The translations under genes were made by a program, and so were the position numbers. From Planctomycetota bacterium (GTDB lineage Bacteria; Planctomycetota; JAJSAM01; JAJVHW01): a DNA stretch of 64,000 nucleotides. A model generated the notes under the pieces. It was not told where the DNA came from and did not search any database. It saw only the letters and a program-made list of their open reading frames with translations. Each line of letters begins with the position of its first letter. Within the stretch, counting starts at the first letter, position 1. Shown here one piece after another: positions 50,557 through 59,145 of the stretch. Location of the stretch: NCBI GenBank assembly GCA_965248445.1, contig CBDFJG010000003.1, forward strand, positions 1,376,001-1,440,000, read 5' to 3'.

Positions 50557-52056
50557 GTAACCGTTCACCCCTTGACAGCGTGTGAGCCTCAGCGTGCGAC
50601 GGGCATCGGGACCATGACGGGCGGGTCGGCGCCGGTGAGGTGCGCGGCGACCGAGTCGGCGAGGAAGTCGAAGACTTGGTCGCCACGGCGTCGCAGCGTG
50701 GCCGCGGCGGTCAACACGCGCTCGGCGAAGCGGAGTCCGCGAGCGGACTGGCTTCCGAAGGAGCCCTTGCGCCAGAGCACCGCTTTGCGGACCGCGCGCT
50801 CGGCGGCGTTGTTCGTCGGACTCACGTCCTGGGTCCGCGCATAGGTGAAGAGGGCGACCACGCGGGGGCGCAGATGGTTGGCCAGAGCCGAGTCGTCGTT
50901 CGCGATCAGTCGCTCGAGCCGTCCGCGCAGCACAGCGGCTTCGCCTTGCAGCCGGTCACGGTCGCCGTGCTCACCGAAGAGCCGGTAGCTGCGCATGACC
51001 GACTGCGCGATCATGACGCCCTTGTTGCCGAAGCGGCGATGTCCTCGCGGGCCTTCGGCCAGCGCACGGAAGGCGCGCTCGATGTGCGCCCAGCAGAGCT
51101 GGCGGCGGGCAAGTGGGTGTGACTCGTAGGCACCCATCCGGTCGCTGATCACCGTGCCACCGAAACGCCGCCCGATCAGCCGCCCTTTCGCCTTGGCACT
51201 GCGGCGGCGATCGATCCCGAAGGCTGTGGCGTGCTCGCTCTCCGCCGCCCACAGCCAGCACACCCGGCCCCGTTCCTTCCACGACGTCTCGTCCACGTTG
51301 GCTCGCAGCGACGTGCGGACTGCCCCGAGGGCTTCGAGGTACGACGAGTGCAGAGCGTCACTGAGCCGACGCTCACAGTCGCTGATCTTGCCCAGCGACA
51401 TCTTCACACCGAAGATCTCACCGAGCAGCCGCTGCGTCTCCCGCACGCTCACGCGGTACACGCCGCGCAGCGCGCCGGCAAGTGTGGTCAGCCGCGGACC
51501 GAAGGCCCCGGTCGGCACGCCATCGGGCAGGACCGCCGTCGTGACCGCACGACAGCGCCGGCACCGCGCCTTGTGCAGCCGGTGCTCCCGCACCGTGACG
51601 AGCACGCGCGGGAGCACCGTCACCTGGTGCCGGTACGGATCGCCGATGCCCTGCTCGAGATCGTCGTGTCCGCACGCGTCGCAGAGGTCGGGACGGTGCT
51701 CCTTGGTCTCATCGACGTTGGACGGATCCACCAGCTCGCGCGCCGTGCCCTCATGGCCCGGCTGTCCGCCCTGCTTGCGACCGCTACGCGGCCTTCGGCC
51801 GCGACGGCGCTTGGACCACGCCGGGTCCGACGACGGAGGCCTCGAGCTGTTGCGGGAGTCACGCTTCAGACGCGACTCGAGCTCGTCGATGCGGCGCAGA
51901 TGCTTCGCTTCGCGACGCTCCAGCTCCTCGATCCAGGCCAGAAGGCCCTCGACCATCGCCCGCAGATCCTCGTCCTGCCGCTCGCCCACAACATCTTGAT
52001 CGACCGATGGCCGAACGATCTGGATCCTGGCTCGCGACGAAGGGGTGAACGGTTAC
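50557..52056 (-). mobile_element. IS66-family single-ORF element B (transposase 50589-51989)
   Basis: IR GTAACCGTTCACCCCTT / AAGGGGTGAACGGTTAC; DSRNSSRPPSSD, VDETSW, QLCWAH, PTNNAAERAVR. Confidence 0.93.
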
Positions 52057-52163
52057 CGTTCTTCCGCATCGCCGAGGTCGCGCTGACGTCACTCTTCCTG
52101 TTCCTGACCGCGGTCTACACGGGTGCCGCCGCGGGGTGGATCGGACCGGGTCCTGTCACGTGA
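52057..52163 (+). pseudogene. 3' remnant of a membrane-protein gene
   Basis: FFRIAEVALTSLFLFLTAVY...GPVT*, GTGA-coupled to the next gene. Confidence 0.5.
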
Positions 52164-53128
52164 TCGCCGACGCGTATCTGCCGACGTCGCCGGGGGTGTT
52201 CAGCGCCATCGCGTGGACGCTCGTGGTCGTGGCGCTCGTGGGGTTCTGCGTCGCGCGCATCCGAAGCGCCGCAATCGCTCGGCTCCTCGCGTGGTCGATC
52301 GTCCTCGGGACGGTGGGCGCGTTGCACATCGGGCTCCTGTGGCAGCCGGGCGGGTTCCGGATGCTGGCGCTGGTGGGCGGTCTCCTGTTCGCGATGAAGG
52401 CCGTGGTCGCGGTCGAGGCGCGCCAGGAGGGCACGTCTCTCGACCTGCTGTCGTATCTCGGCTTCACCGCCCTGTGGTTCGGGATGCGTCCACGGATCTT
52501 CGCAGAGCGGTCGGCGGCGGCGCGCAACGGAGCCGGCGGTCTCGTGCGCCGCGGGATCGTGCGCATGGCGATGGGTGTGGTGTTGATCGGTGCGGCGCGC
52601 GCGGTCGCGCAGGAGACCGGATCGCGACTCGCCGCAACGCTCCTGCTGCTGCCGGGACTCAGCCTGCTGTTGCACTTCGGTCTGTTCAACGTGGCTGCGG
52701 GGGCGTGGCGCCGGTGGGGAGTCGACGCGCGGGCGCTGTTCCGCGCGCCGCTCCTCGCACAGTCACTCGACGAGTTCTGGAGCCGGCGCTGGAACGTCGG
52801 CTACTCGGAGATGACGTCGCTCGCGGTGTTCCGTCCGCTCCGCTCGACCCTCGGATCGACTGCGGCGACCATCGCTGCGTTCCTGTTCTCCGGGCTGCTG
52901 CACGAACTGGCGATCAGCGTGCCGGTGCGGGCCGGCTACGGACTGCCGTTCGTGTACTTCGCCTTGCATGGCGTCGCGATGGTCGCGGAACGCCGGCTCC
53001 GCGCGGGCGGGTGGCTGTCCGGGATGATGGGGCGGATCTGGACGGTCGGCTGGGTCGTGCTCCCCACGCCGATCCTGTTCCACCGCCCGTTCCTGGAGGG
53101 CACGATCTGGCCCCTGATCGGGGCGTGA
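52160..53128 (+). CDS. MBOAT (wax-synthase-like) O-acyltransferase
   Basis: PLLAQSLDEFWSRRWN, AFLFSGLLHELAISVP, YFALHG. Confidence 0.88.
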   Translation: MIADAYLPTSPGVFSAIAWTLVVVALVGFCVARIRSAAIARLLAWSIVLGTVGALHIGLLWQPGGFRMLALVGGLLFAMKAVVAVEARQEGTSLDLLSYLGFTALWFGMRPRIFAERSAAARNGAGGLVRRGIVRMAMGVVLIGAARAVAQETGSRLAATLLLLPGLSLLLHFGLFNVAAGAWRRWGVDARALFRAPLLAQSLDEFWSRRWNVGYSEMTSLAVFRPLRSTLGSTAATIAAFLFSGLLHELAISVPVRAGYGLPFVYFALHGVAMVAERRLRAGGWLSGMMGRIWTVGWVVLPTPILFHRPFLEGTIWPLIGA

Positions 53129-53178
53129 ACAAGCCGCCTCCGCCGAGCGATTGCACGGGAAGAGAGTTCCTCGCAACC

Positions 53179-53318
53179 GCCCGGATAGCGAGGGCACGCG
53201 GCTTGCGGAGCCAGCCGCGTGACCGAAGCCCTCCGTAGCGTCCGGAGGACGCGTAGGAGGGAGACAACCCCACGCCGAAGGCGTGCGGGTTGTGGCCCGC
53301 AGATCGCCACGCGATCTG
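53179..53318 (-). repeat. Dispersed structured 3'-UTR repeat, copy 3
   Basis: Reverse-complement match to 11366-11490. Confidence 0.8.
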
Positions 53319-53332
53319 CGGGCCACAACAGT

Positions 53333-53381
53333 CCGTCAAGTAGTGGCTCCGGCGCGAAGCGCCGGAGCCACTACTTGACGG
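53333..53381. terminator. Long perfect hairpin overlapping a stop codon
   Basis: CCGTCAAGTAGTGGCTCCGGCGC-GAA-GCGCCGGAGCCACTACTTGACGG. Confidence 0.6.
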
Positions 53382-55020
53382 CGGTCGTCCCACCCGTGTC
53401 TTTAGCGAGCCCCGCCATGAACTCCGTATCGGCATCCTTGCCGAGCGCGATCGTGTGGATCTGAATTCGGCGGGACTTGTTGAGGTCCACGATGGCCTTG
53501 CGGATCTGCTTGGTATCCGTCAGTTCGCCCACCGTGGGGCGGCCGTCGCTCAGGAGGATGACAGTGTCCACGGCGGCGTCACCCGAGGGATCGCTGCCAC
53601 GCTTCTTGCCCCTCCCGACGTCTCCGAGGTCGAACGCGGCGACCAACGCGTCGTACGTTGCGGTGCCACCCACGACCGGTGATTCGCGGATGAACTCGAC
53701 GGCCTCGAGGCGTGTCTCCCGCGATGCGACGATCATCGTCCTGCGCCACATGCGCACGTCGCTCGAGTAGAAGACCATGTTGAACATCGCGCCGTCTTCG
53801 AGCGCGAGGACCGCGCGCTCGAGCTCGGCCTTGGCGAGTTCGGCGCGAGTGCGTTTCTTGCCCTTCTCACCGACCTTCTCGTTCATCGAGCCGGAGACGT
53901 CGATGACGAACACGAGCCGCCGGCTGCGGGTGTCGACGCCGAAGAACCCCGTATCCGAGTCGCGCGGATCCTTCTCGGCATCCACGTCAGTCGTGGCGGT
54001 CTCCGGGTCCACACCACCGTCGCCGCCCTCCGCCGTGGGGTCGTCCTCGTCCTTCTCGGGCTCCGGTTCCGGCGGCCCGGCGTACGCCTCGCGGTTGACG
54101 TTCCACCACGCCGACCAGCGCTCGGCGTTGAGGCCGTACTGCTCGCCCGTGAGCGTGGTGAGCGCGCGCGCGCAGTCGTCGATCAGCCGTCCGTCCTCCG
54201 CGCCCATCGCCGCCAACAGCGCGTCGATCGTGTCCTTGGACGGCGTCCGCTCGAGCGCTGCGACTGCCGCCACGCGCACCAGCCAGCGCGCGTCCCCCAG
54301 CCGTTCGCGCAGCACCGGCAGGACACGGGCGACGTCCCGCCCGCCGAGTCCGTCGAGCACCTCGACGAGCACCCGCGGGTCGGACTCCTTGACCGCGGCG
54401 GCGAGCAACATTTCGAGTGCCCACGCGGTCGGCACGCCGCCGACCAGGTCCCACTGGGGCGCTCGCACGCCCCAGTCCTTGTCGACGAGCGGCCCCTTCT
54501 GCCACTCCTCGCGGACCGCAGTCTGATCCTCGGCGGAGAGACCCGCCACCAACGACCCGTGGGCCGTGAGCGCGCGGTCGAGGAGGTCGAGTTGCTCGTT
54601 CAATCGCCGCTGCGCCGTCTTGCGCTGGGCAGTCAGCTCGTCCAGCTCCATACGAATGGGCCAGCGGGGGTGCGTCTTCGGCTGCGGCTTCTTCTGCTTC
54701 TCGAACTGCTTGAGGTACTTCTGCAGCTTGTCGTCGTACGCCTCGCGGACCGGGCCGAGCTTCTTGTCGAGCTTGTCGGCCACGTCCTGCGCGTCGTCGA
54801 TCCGGTCCCGCGTGACGTCCATGCACCAGAGCAGTGCGCCGAGTGCCTTGCGCTCCCCGGATACCGCGAGTTCCTCGATGACCTCCTCGCGCTCGGAGAG
54901 GTAGCTGCCCTTGCTGAACCGCTTCTTGTACGTCTTCAGGACGTCGCCGCCGGCCAGCGCGATCCCGGCCAGGACCAGGAGTCCGAGCACGACGGCGACG
55001 GCGCGGGAGCGGATCTGCAT
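53371..55020 (-). CDS. Secreted HEAT-repeat plus vWA-domain protein
   Basis: Signal peptide; W.VR.AAV.AL HEAT repeats; FVIDVSGSM and LLSDGRPT MIDAS motifs. Confidence 0.88.
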   Translation of the reverse strand: MQIRSRAVAVVLGLLVLAGIALAGGDVLKTYKKRFSKGSYLSEREEVIEELAVSGERKALGALLWCMDVTRDRIDDAQDVADKLDKKLGPVREAYDDKLQKYLKQFEKQKKPQPKTHPRWPIRMELDELTAQRKTAQRRLNEQLDLLDRALTAHGSLVAGLSAEDQTAVREEWQKGPLVDKDWGVRAPQWDLVGGVPTAWALEMLLAAAVKESDPRVLVEVLDGLGGRDVARVLPVLRERLGDARWLVRVAAVAALERTPSKDTIDALLAAMGAEDGRLIDDCARALTTLTGEQYGLNAERWSAWWNVNREAYAGPPEPEPEKDEDDPTAEGGDGGVDPETATTDVDAEKDPRDSDTGFFGVDTRSRRLVFVIDVSGSMNEKVGEKGKKRTRAELAKAELERAVLALEDGAMFNMVFYSSDVRMWRRTMIVASRETRLEAVEFIRESPVVGGTATYDALVAAFDLGDVGRGKKRGSDPSGDAAVDTVILLSDGRPTVGELTDTKQIRKAIVDLNKSRRIQIHTIALGKDADTEFMAGLAKDTGGTTAVK

Positions 55021-55116
55021 TCCCCGATGGTAGCGGCGAGGGGCGCCCGTCCCACACCCGGAGACCGCCGGAGACCGCCCGAGACCGCCCCGCCACGGCC
55101 GCCCGCTGCGTGCCCG

Positions 55117-56262
55117 CTACCCGGTCTCGTCCGGGTCGAGCAGGACCGGCACGGGCTCGTCCGAGGCGTAGACCTGGCTCTCGTCCGTCCCGTCCACCTC
55201 CCGGCGCAGCAGGAAGTAGAGGTCGGTCAGGCCGCCCACGGCGTACGAGATCATGAACCCGCGCACCAGCGACATCGCAAGAGCCGTCATCAGCCAGGCA
55301 ACCCAGACGTTCAGCACGGCGCCGCCCTCGACGACGGAGGAGTCCGGCCACGAGAGCGTGCGCCCGGCAGCGAATCCCTCCTGCAACGCCACGGCTGCCG
55401 TGTCGTTCCACGAAGCGCCCAGCGTGAACGCCTGGAGCCACACGTAGTCGATGAACCAGTGACCCAGTTTCCAGATGATGCCGGAGACCACCGCGACGAC
55501 ACCCACTCCGGCAACGAACGTGACCGGCCGCGAGAAGGCGTAGGAGTACGTGCGCGAAACCGCGTCCAGCATGCCGTTGCGCTCCGTCGCGAGTGCCGCG
55601 TGCAGCAGCGGCACTCCGAAGATGCCGCCGAGTGCAATCACCATGACAACGAGACTCGCGAGGAGCGCCACCGGATGCGCCACGATCTGGAGGACGCCGC
55701 CTGCCCACGGCACCGCGGACAGCGCACCGCATGCCGCCGTCACGGCGACGAAGAACGCCGCAGCTCCGACGATGAACAACGGCGCGAACAGGAATGCACG
55801 CAGGTTCTTGAAGACGAAGCCCAACGCGTCATCGGGACCGACGGTCTCGTCCCGCGCAATCCGCACGGCGTGGACGCGCGCGAGCGATCCGGAGACGATC
55901 GACCAGACGATCACGAGCAGCACGGTGATCAGCACGTACTGCCAGACGTGCAGTCCCTCGCCGACCTGCACCGCGGCGCCGGACATGGGATTGACGTCCG
56001 GATTCCCGAAGCCGAACTCCTGCAGGATCTGGCGCAGGAACGGCAGGTTCCCGAGCTGCTCGGTGAACTCGGTCACAAAACGCTGCTGGAGCACGCTCGA
56101 GTCGGCGTGGCCGCGACCGCTGCCACCCAGGGCGGACGCGAGGCCCCGCCAGAGGACCATGAGAAGGAGGTAGCCGATCGTGCCCAGCGCCAGCCCGCTG
56201 AGGTCGAAGTCGACCCTCGGCAGCTGGAGCGCCGCGCGGCGACGCTGGCCCGGACCCTGCAT
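55117..56262 (-). CDS. Multi-pass membrane protein
   Basis: About 6 TM segments; LYFLLRREVDGT C-terminus; GGAGGAG RBS. Confidence 0.75.
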   Translation of the reverse strand: MQGPGQRRRAALQLPRVDFDLSGLALGTIGYLLLMVLWRGLASALGGSGRGHADSSVLQQRFVTEFTEQLGNLPFLRQILQEFGFGNPDVNPMSGAAVQVGEGLHVWQYVLITVLLVIVWSIVSGSLARVHAVRIARDETVGPDDALGFVFKNLRAFLFAPLFIVGAAAFFVAVTAACGALSAVPWAGGVLQIVAHPVALLASLVVMVIALGGIFGVPLLHAALATERNGMLDAVSRTYSYAFSRPVTFVAGVGVVAVVSGIIWKLGHWFIDYVWLQAFTLGASWNDTAAVALQEGFAAGRTLSWPDSSVVEGGAVLNVWVAWLMTALAMSLVRGFMISYAVGGLTDLYFLLRREVDGTDESQVYASDEPVPVLLDPDETG

Positions 56263-56352
56263 CTCCGTCTCCTCCCGGCTCGGCCTCCCGCGAGGCCAGC
56301 CGGGATGCTACCCCGGGGCCGTTCGGATCGACGCGGGAGACCGCCGGTCGGT

Positions 56353-56385
56353 CAGGGTCAAGTCCGGTCCGCCGCATCCCCGATG
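56353..56385 (+). promoter_or_regulatory. Duplicated putative alternative-sigma promoter, copy 1
   Basis: CAGGGTCAAGTCC...CCGATG with the same spacing as 56813-56845. Confidence 0.55.
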
Positions 56386-56420
56386 CGGATGTGGCAAGGC
56401 TCAGCGTGGAAGGACCGGAA

Positions 56421-56765
56421 ATGCGCGCGCACTCATCGCACGGAATCCGAGTCGAGGATCTCGACCTGGAGACCGCCGTGCTGACGCCTCAGAACGGGTT
56501 CCTGACGCACGCCTTCGCAGACCAGCTACGGGGGCAGTTCCGCGACATCATGGCCGCTCGGCTGGCTGACGGGTTCCTGACGATCGTCGTGGATCTCCAG
56601 AACGTCACCGAGGTGGACTCTTCGGGCCTGGCGCTCCTCCTGGGGATCAGGAGGCGCGCGGAGGCCGGGAGCGCGATGTTCACGCTCCGGGGCCTCACGC
56701 CGCCGGTCAAGCGGATGATCCAGCTGACCAACTCCGGCCCTGCGCTCGGCCTCGACCAAGACTGA
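56421..56765 (+). CDS. STAS-domain anti-sigma-factor antagonist
   Basis: VVDLQNVTEVDSSGLALL. Confidence 0.88.
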   Translation: MRAHSSHGIRVEDLDLETAVLTPQNGFLTHAFADQLRGQFRDIMAARLADGFLTIVVDLQNVTEVDSSGLALLLGIRRRAEAGSAMFTLRGLTPPVKRMIQLTNSGPALGLDQD

Positions 56766-56812
56766 GCGTGGCCAGTCTCAGCGCCACCCCAAGGGGGGCT
56801 GTCTCTCTAGTC

Positions 56813-56845
56813 CAGGGTCAAGTCCAAGGCTGGCCGGTGCCGATG
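56813..56845 (+). promoter_or_regulatory. Duplicated putative alternative-sigma promoter, copy 2
   Basis: CAGGGTCAAGTCC...GCCGATG. Confidence 0.55.
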
Positions 56846-56880
56846 AGGCGGAGGAGCCCCATGCGGGGAGGTAAACACCC

Positions 56881-57267
56881 ATGAACGCTCACACAGCATT
56901 GCGAATGAAGGTCGAGGACGATCCCGACCGCTCGATCACGACCCTCACACCGAAGGACGCGTACCTCAACTACGCGTTCGCCGACCAGTTGCGCGGCCCG
57001 GTGAAGGAGATCGTCTCCGAGCGTATGAAGGGCGGCGTTCGTCACATCGTCATGGACCTGCAGAACGTCGACGTGATGGACTCGTGCGGCCTCTCGGTTC
57101 TGATCGGACTCAAGAAGCTCGCCGAAGAGGGCCAGGCCACGTTCTCCGTGTGCGGGCTCGCTCCGATGGTGCGGCGCCTGTTCAAGCTCACCAAGCTCGA
57201 GCGCGTCTTCGACATGCACGAAGACGCCGAGACGGCCCGCGAGGCTGTCGCCTCCGCATCCGCCTAG
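56881..57267 (+). CDS. STAS-domain anti-sigma-factor antagonist (paralog)
   Basis: VMDLQNVDVMDSCGLSVL, VRRLFKLTKLERVF. Confidence 0.92.
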   Translation: MNAHTALRMKVEDDPDRSITTLTPKDAYLNYAFADQLRGPVKEIVSERMKGGVRHIVMDLQNVDVMDSCGLSVLIGLKKLAEEGQATFSVCGLAPMVRRLFKLTKLERVFDMHEDAETAREAVASASA

Positions 57268-57330
57268 TCGCTACCACGAACGACAACACGGCCCGGCGAG
57301 TGCTGACAGCACTCGCCGGGCCGCTTCGCG

Positions 57331-57990
57331 TCAGCGGGCGCCGCGGCCGTCAGGGGAGACGCGCATCTGCAGGCGCCGCTGAATGGCGTCGGCGAACCAC
57401 GCGATGTCGTTGACGCGGCGCCGCAGTTCCCGGGCGCGCGGAACCGCGAAGCGCTCGGCAACCGCGGGCAACGTGCAATGGTCGTGGTCGTAGTCCAGGA
57501 CCGTCACCAGGTCGCTCTTGTGCGGCACTTCATGCGCTTCGAGCAAGCCGTCGAACGGCTCGAGACTCGGTGACCACAGCGAAAGCAGCTTGTGGTCGTC
57601 GAGGAACACCTCGAGTGTGCTCGCGGGGTCGTACGCGCCGAACCCCACCATCCCGTCCTGGAGCAGTTGGAAGCTGTAGCGGCGGAAGACCGACAGCACG
57701 GTCTTCCGCTCGGTGAGCGGGCTCACGTAGCGATCGACCTCGGGCCCGTCCGGGTCGCGGTCGAACTCTGCGTCGCTACGCCGCACCTCGAGAACGGCAT
57801 GCACCTGGCGCGGCAGGCAGGACATCGCCGCCGGGACGATCCGCGCGAGGCGGAGGACGCTGACCTGCGCCGTGAAGACGTAGTGAGGAGGCTCGTCCTG
57901 GCGCCACGCCAAGTCATAGCCCTCCTCGAGCGTCTTCTCCGGCGTCGCGAGGACGTCCAGGCCGATCGGTAGCACGAACTCTGCAGGCAC
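57331..57990 (-). CDS. Hypothetical protein
   Basis: Protein-like composition (LLQDGMVGFG, EVFLDDHKLL); TACTCT 6 nt before the GTG. Confidence 0.7.
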   Translation of the reverse strand: MPAEFVLPIGLDVLATPEKTLEEGYDLAWRQDEPPHYVFTAQVSVLRLARIVPAAMSCLPRQVHAVLEVRRSDAEFDRDPDGPEVDRYVSPLTERKTVLSVFRRYSFQLLQDGMVGFGAYDPASTLEVFLDDHKLLSLWSPSLEPFDGLLEAHEVPHKSDLVTVLDYDHDHCTLPAVAERFAVPRARELRRRVNDIAWFADAIQRRLQMRVSPDGRGAR

Positions 57991-58047
57991 GCCGGAAGAG
58001 TACCCCTCCCCGGCCGCCCCACTGCTTCTGAAGGGGGGACACCTCGC

Positions 58048-58716
58048 TCAGAAAGGCGCGGCGCACTCCGCATCGTCGTTGCGGGGTGTGTTCACGCGGG
58101 TGCTCACAGTGAACGTCTCGAGCTCGGGATCGTGTCCCGGCGACAGCAGCGGAACCACGCGCGCCGCGTCCGTGACGTCCGGGTCCAGCCAGAGGCCGTG
58201 GTCCGCCGTCCGAAGGACGCAGGGCATGCGGTCGTGAATGTCCCGCAGCTGCGCATTCGCAGCCTTCGTGAGGATGGTGAACGTCTCGAGCAGCTCGTCC
58301 CCACGGCCCCATCGCTCCCACAGCCCTGCGAACCCGAACGGCACGGCGTCGCGCTGCTGTATCCGCGTTGGAACCTTGCCATCGGCGGTCCGCTGCCACT
58401 CGTAGAACCCGTCCGCGAGGACCAGACAGCGCCGGCGCTTCATCGCGTCTCGGAACGAGGGCTTCACGGACGCTGTCTCCGAACGCGCGTTGATCATGCG
58501 GTTGCCGATCTTCACGTCCTTGGCCCAGAACGGCACCAGCCCCCAGCGCAAGAGCGCGCCCTCCTGCTTCCCGCCGTCCTCCCCCACCCGCACCACGAGC
58601 GACTGCTGCGTCGGAGCGATGTTCCAGCGCGGCACGAGATCCGCCGGCAGATCCCCCAGCTCGAAGAGCTCGGCAATCACATCCCCCGGAGCCGCCAACG
58701 AGTACCGCCCACACAT
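58048..58716 (-). CDS. SOS response-associated peptidase / abasic-site processing protein (SRAP/YedK family)
   Basis: MCGRY, NIAPTQ, WGLVP.W, INARSET, GFYEW, IHDRMP. Confidence 0.95.
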   Translation of the reverse strand: MCGRYSLAAPGDVIAELFELGDLPADLVPRWNIAPTQQSLVVRVGEDGGKQEGALLRWGLVPFWAKDVKIGNRMINARSETASVKPSFRDAMKRRRCLVLADGFYEWQRTADGKVPTRIQQRDAVPFGFAGLWERWGRGDELLETFTILTKAANAQLRDIHDRMPCVLRTADHGLWLDPDVTDAARVVPLLSPGHDPELETFTVSTRVNTPRNDDAECAAPF

Positions 58717-58827
58717 GGGCAGGAGGGTACCGCGCACCGGCGCCACACCGACGTGGGCTCGCAAGTGGAGAGGCTAGACCCGGTCTCGGAGGCGCGGTCT
58801 CGGGAGCGCCTCGTACGGCCGACCGGC

Positions 58828-58853
58828 GGGCGAGGGCGGAACCCTGCCCCTAC
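58828..58853 (-). repeat. GTAG-type REP variant
   Basis: Reverse complement GTAGGGGCAGGGTTCCGCCCTCGCCC. Confidence 0.7.
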
Positions 58854-59063
58854 GGAACAAAGTCCGCCCCCACCGTCGGAGCGCAGCTCAGCACCGGCTG
58901 GAGATCGGCGCGCCGCAGAGCGCGCCTACGCGGAGCGCGGGCGAAGGCCCGCGGCGGAGCGGAGAACAAGAATCGGGAACAGGACTCCGTCCTGTCCTCA
59001 CTCATCGTCCAGGGGAGGCGCGACGTGTGCGGCAGCACCCGTCGTGACCCCCATCGGAATCGA

Positions 59064-59133
59064 AGAAGGCGCCGGCCAAGGGCCGGCGCCTTCGAGTTTC
59101 CGGGGTCCCGGCGGAGCAGAGCTCCGCCGGGAC
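59064..59133 (-). terminator. Tandem hairpins downstream of the OmcB-like gene
   Basis: GAAGGCGCCGGCC-AAG-GGCCGGCGCCTTC and GTCCCGGCGGAGC-AGA-GCTCCGCCGGGAC. Confidence 0.6.
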
Positions 59134-59145
59134 TGGAGATCTGGA

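Noticed and set aside
55061..55092. GAGACCGCC 10-bp repeat x3
   Set aside because: Short intergenic microsatellite-like repeat with no supporting context.
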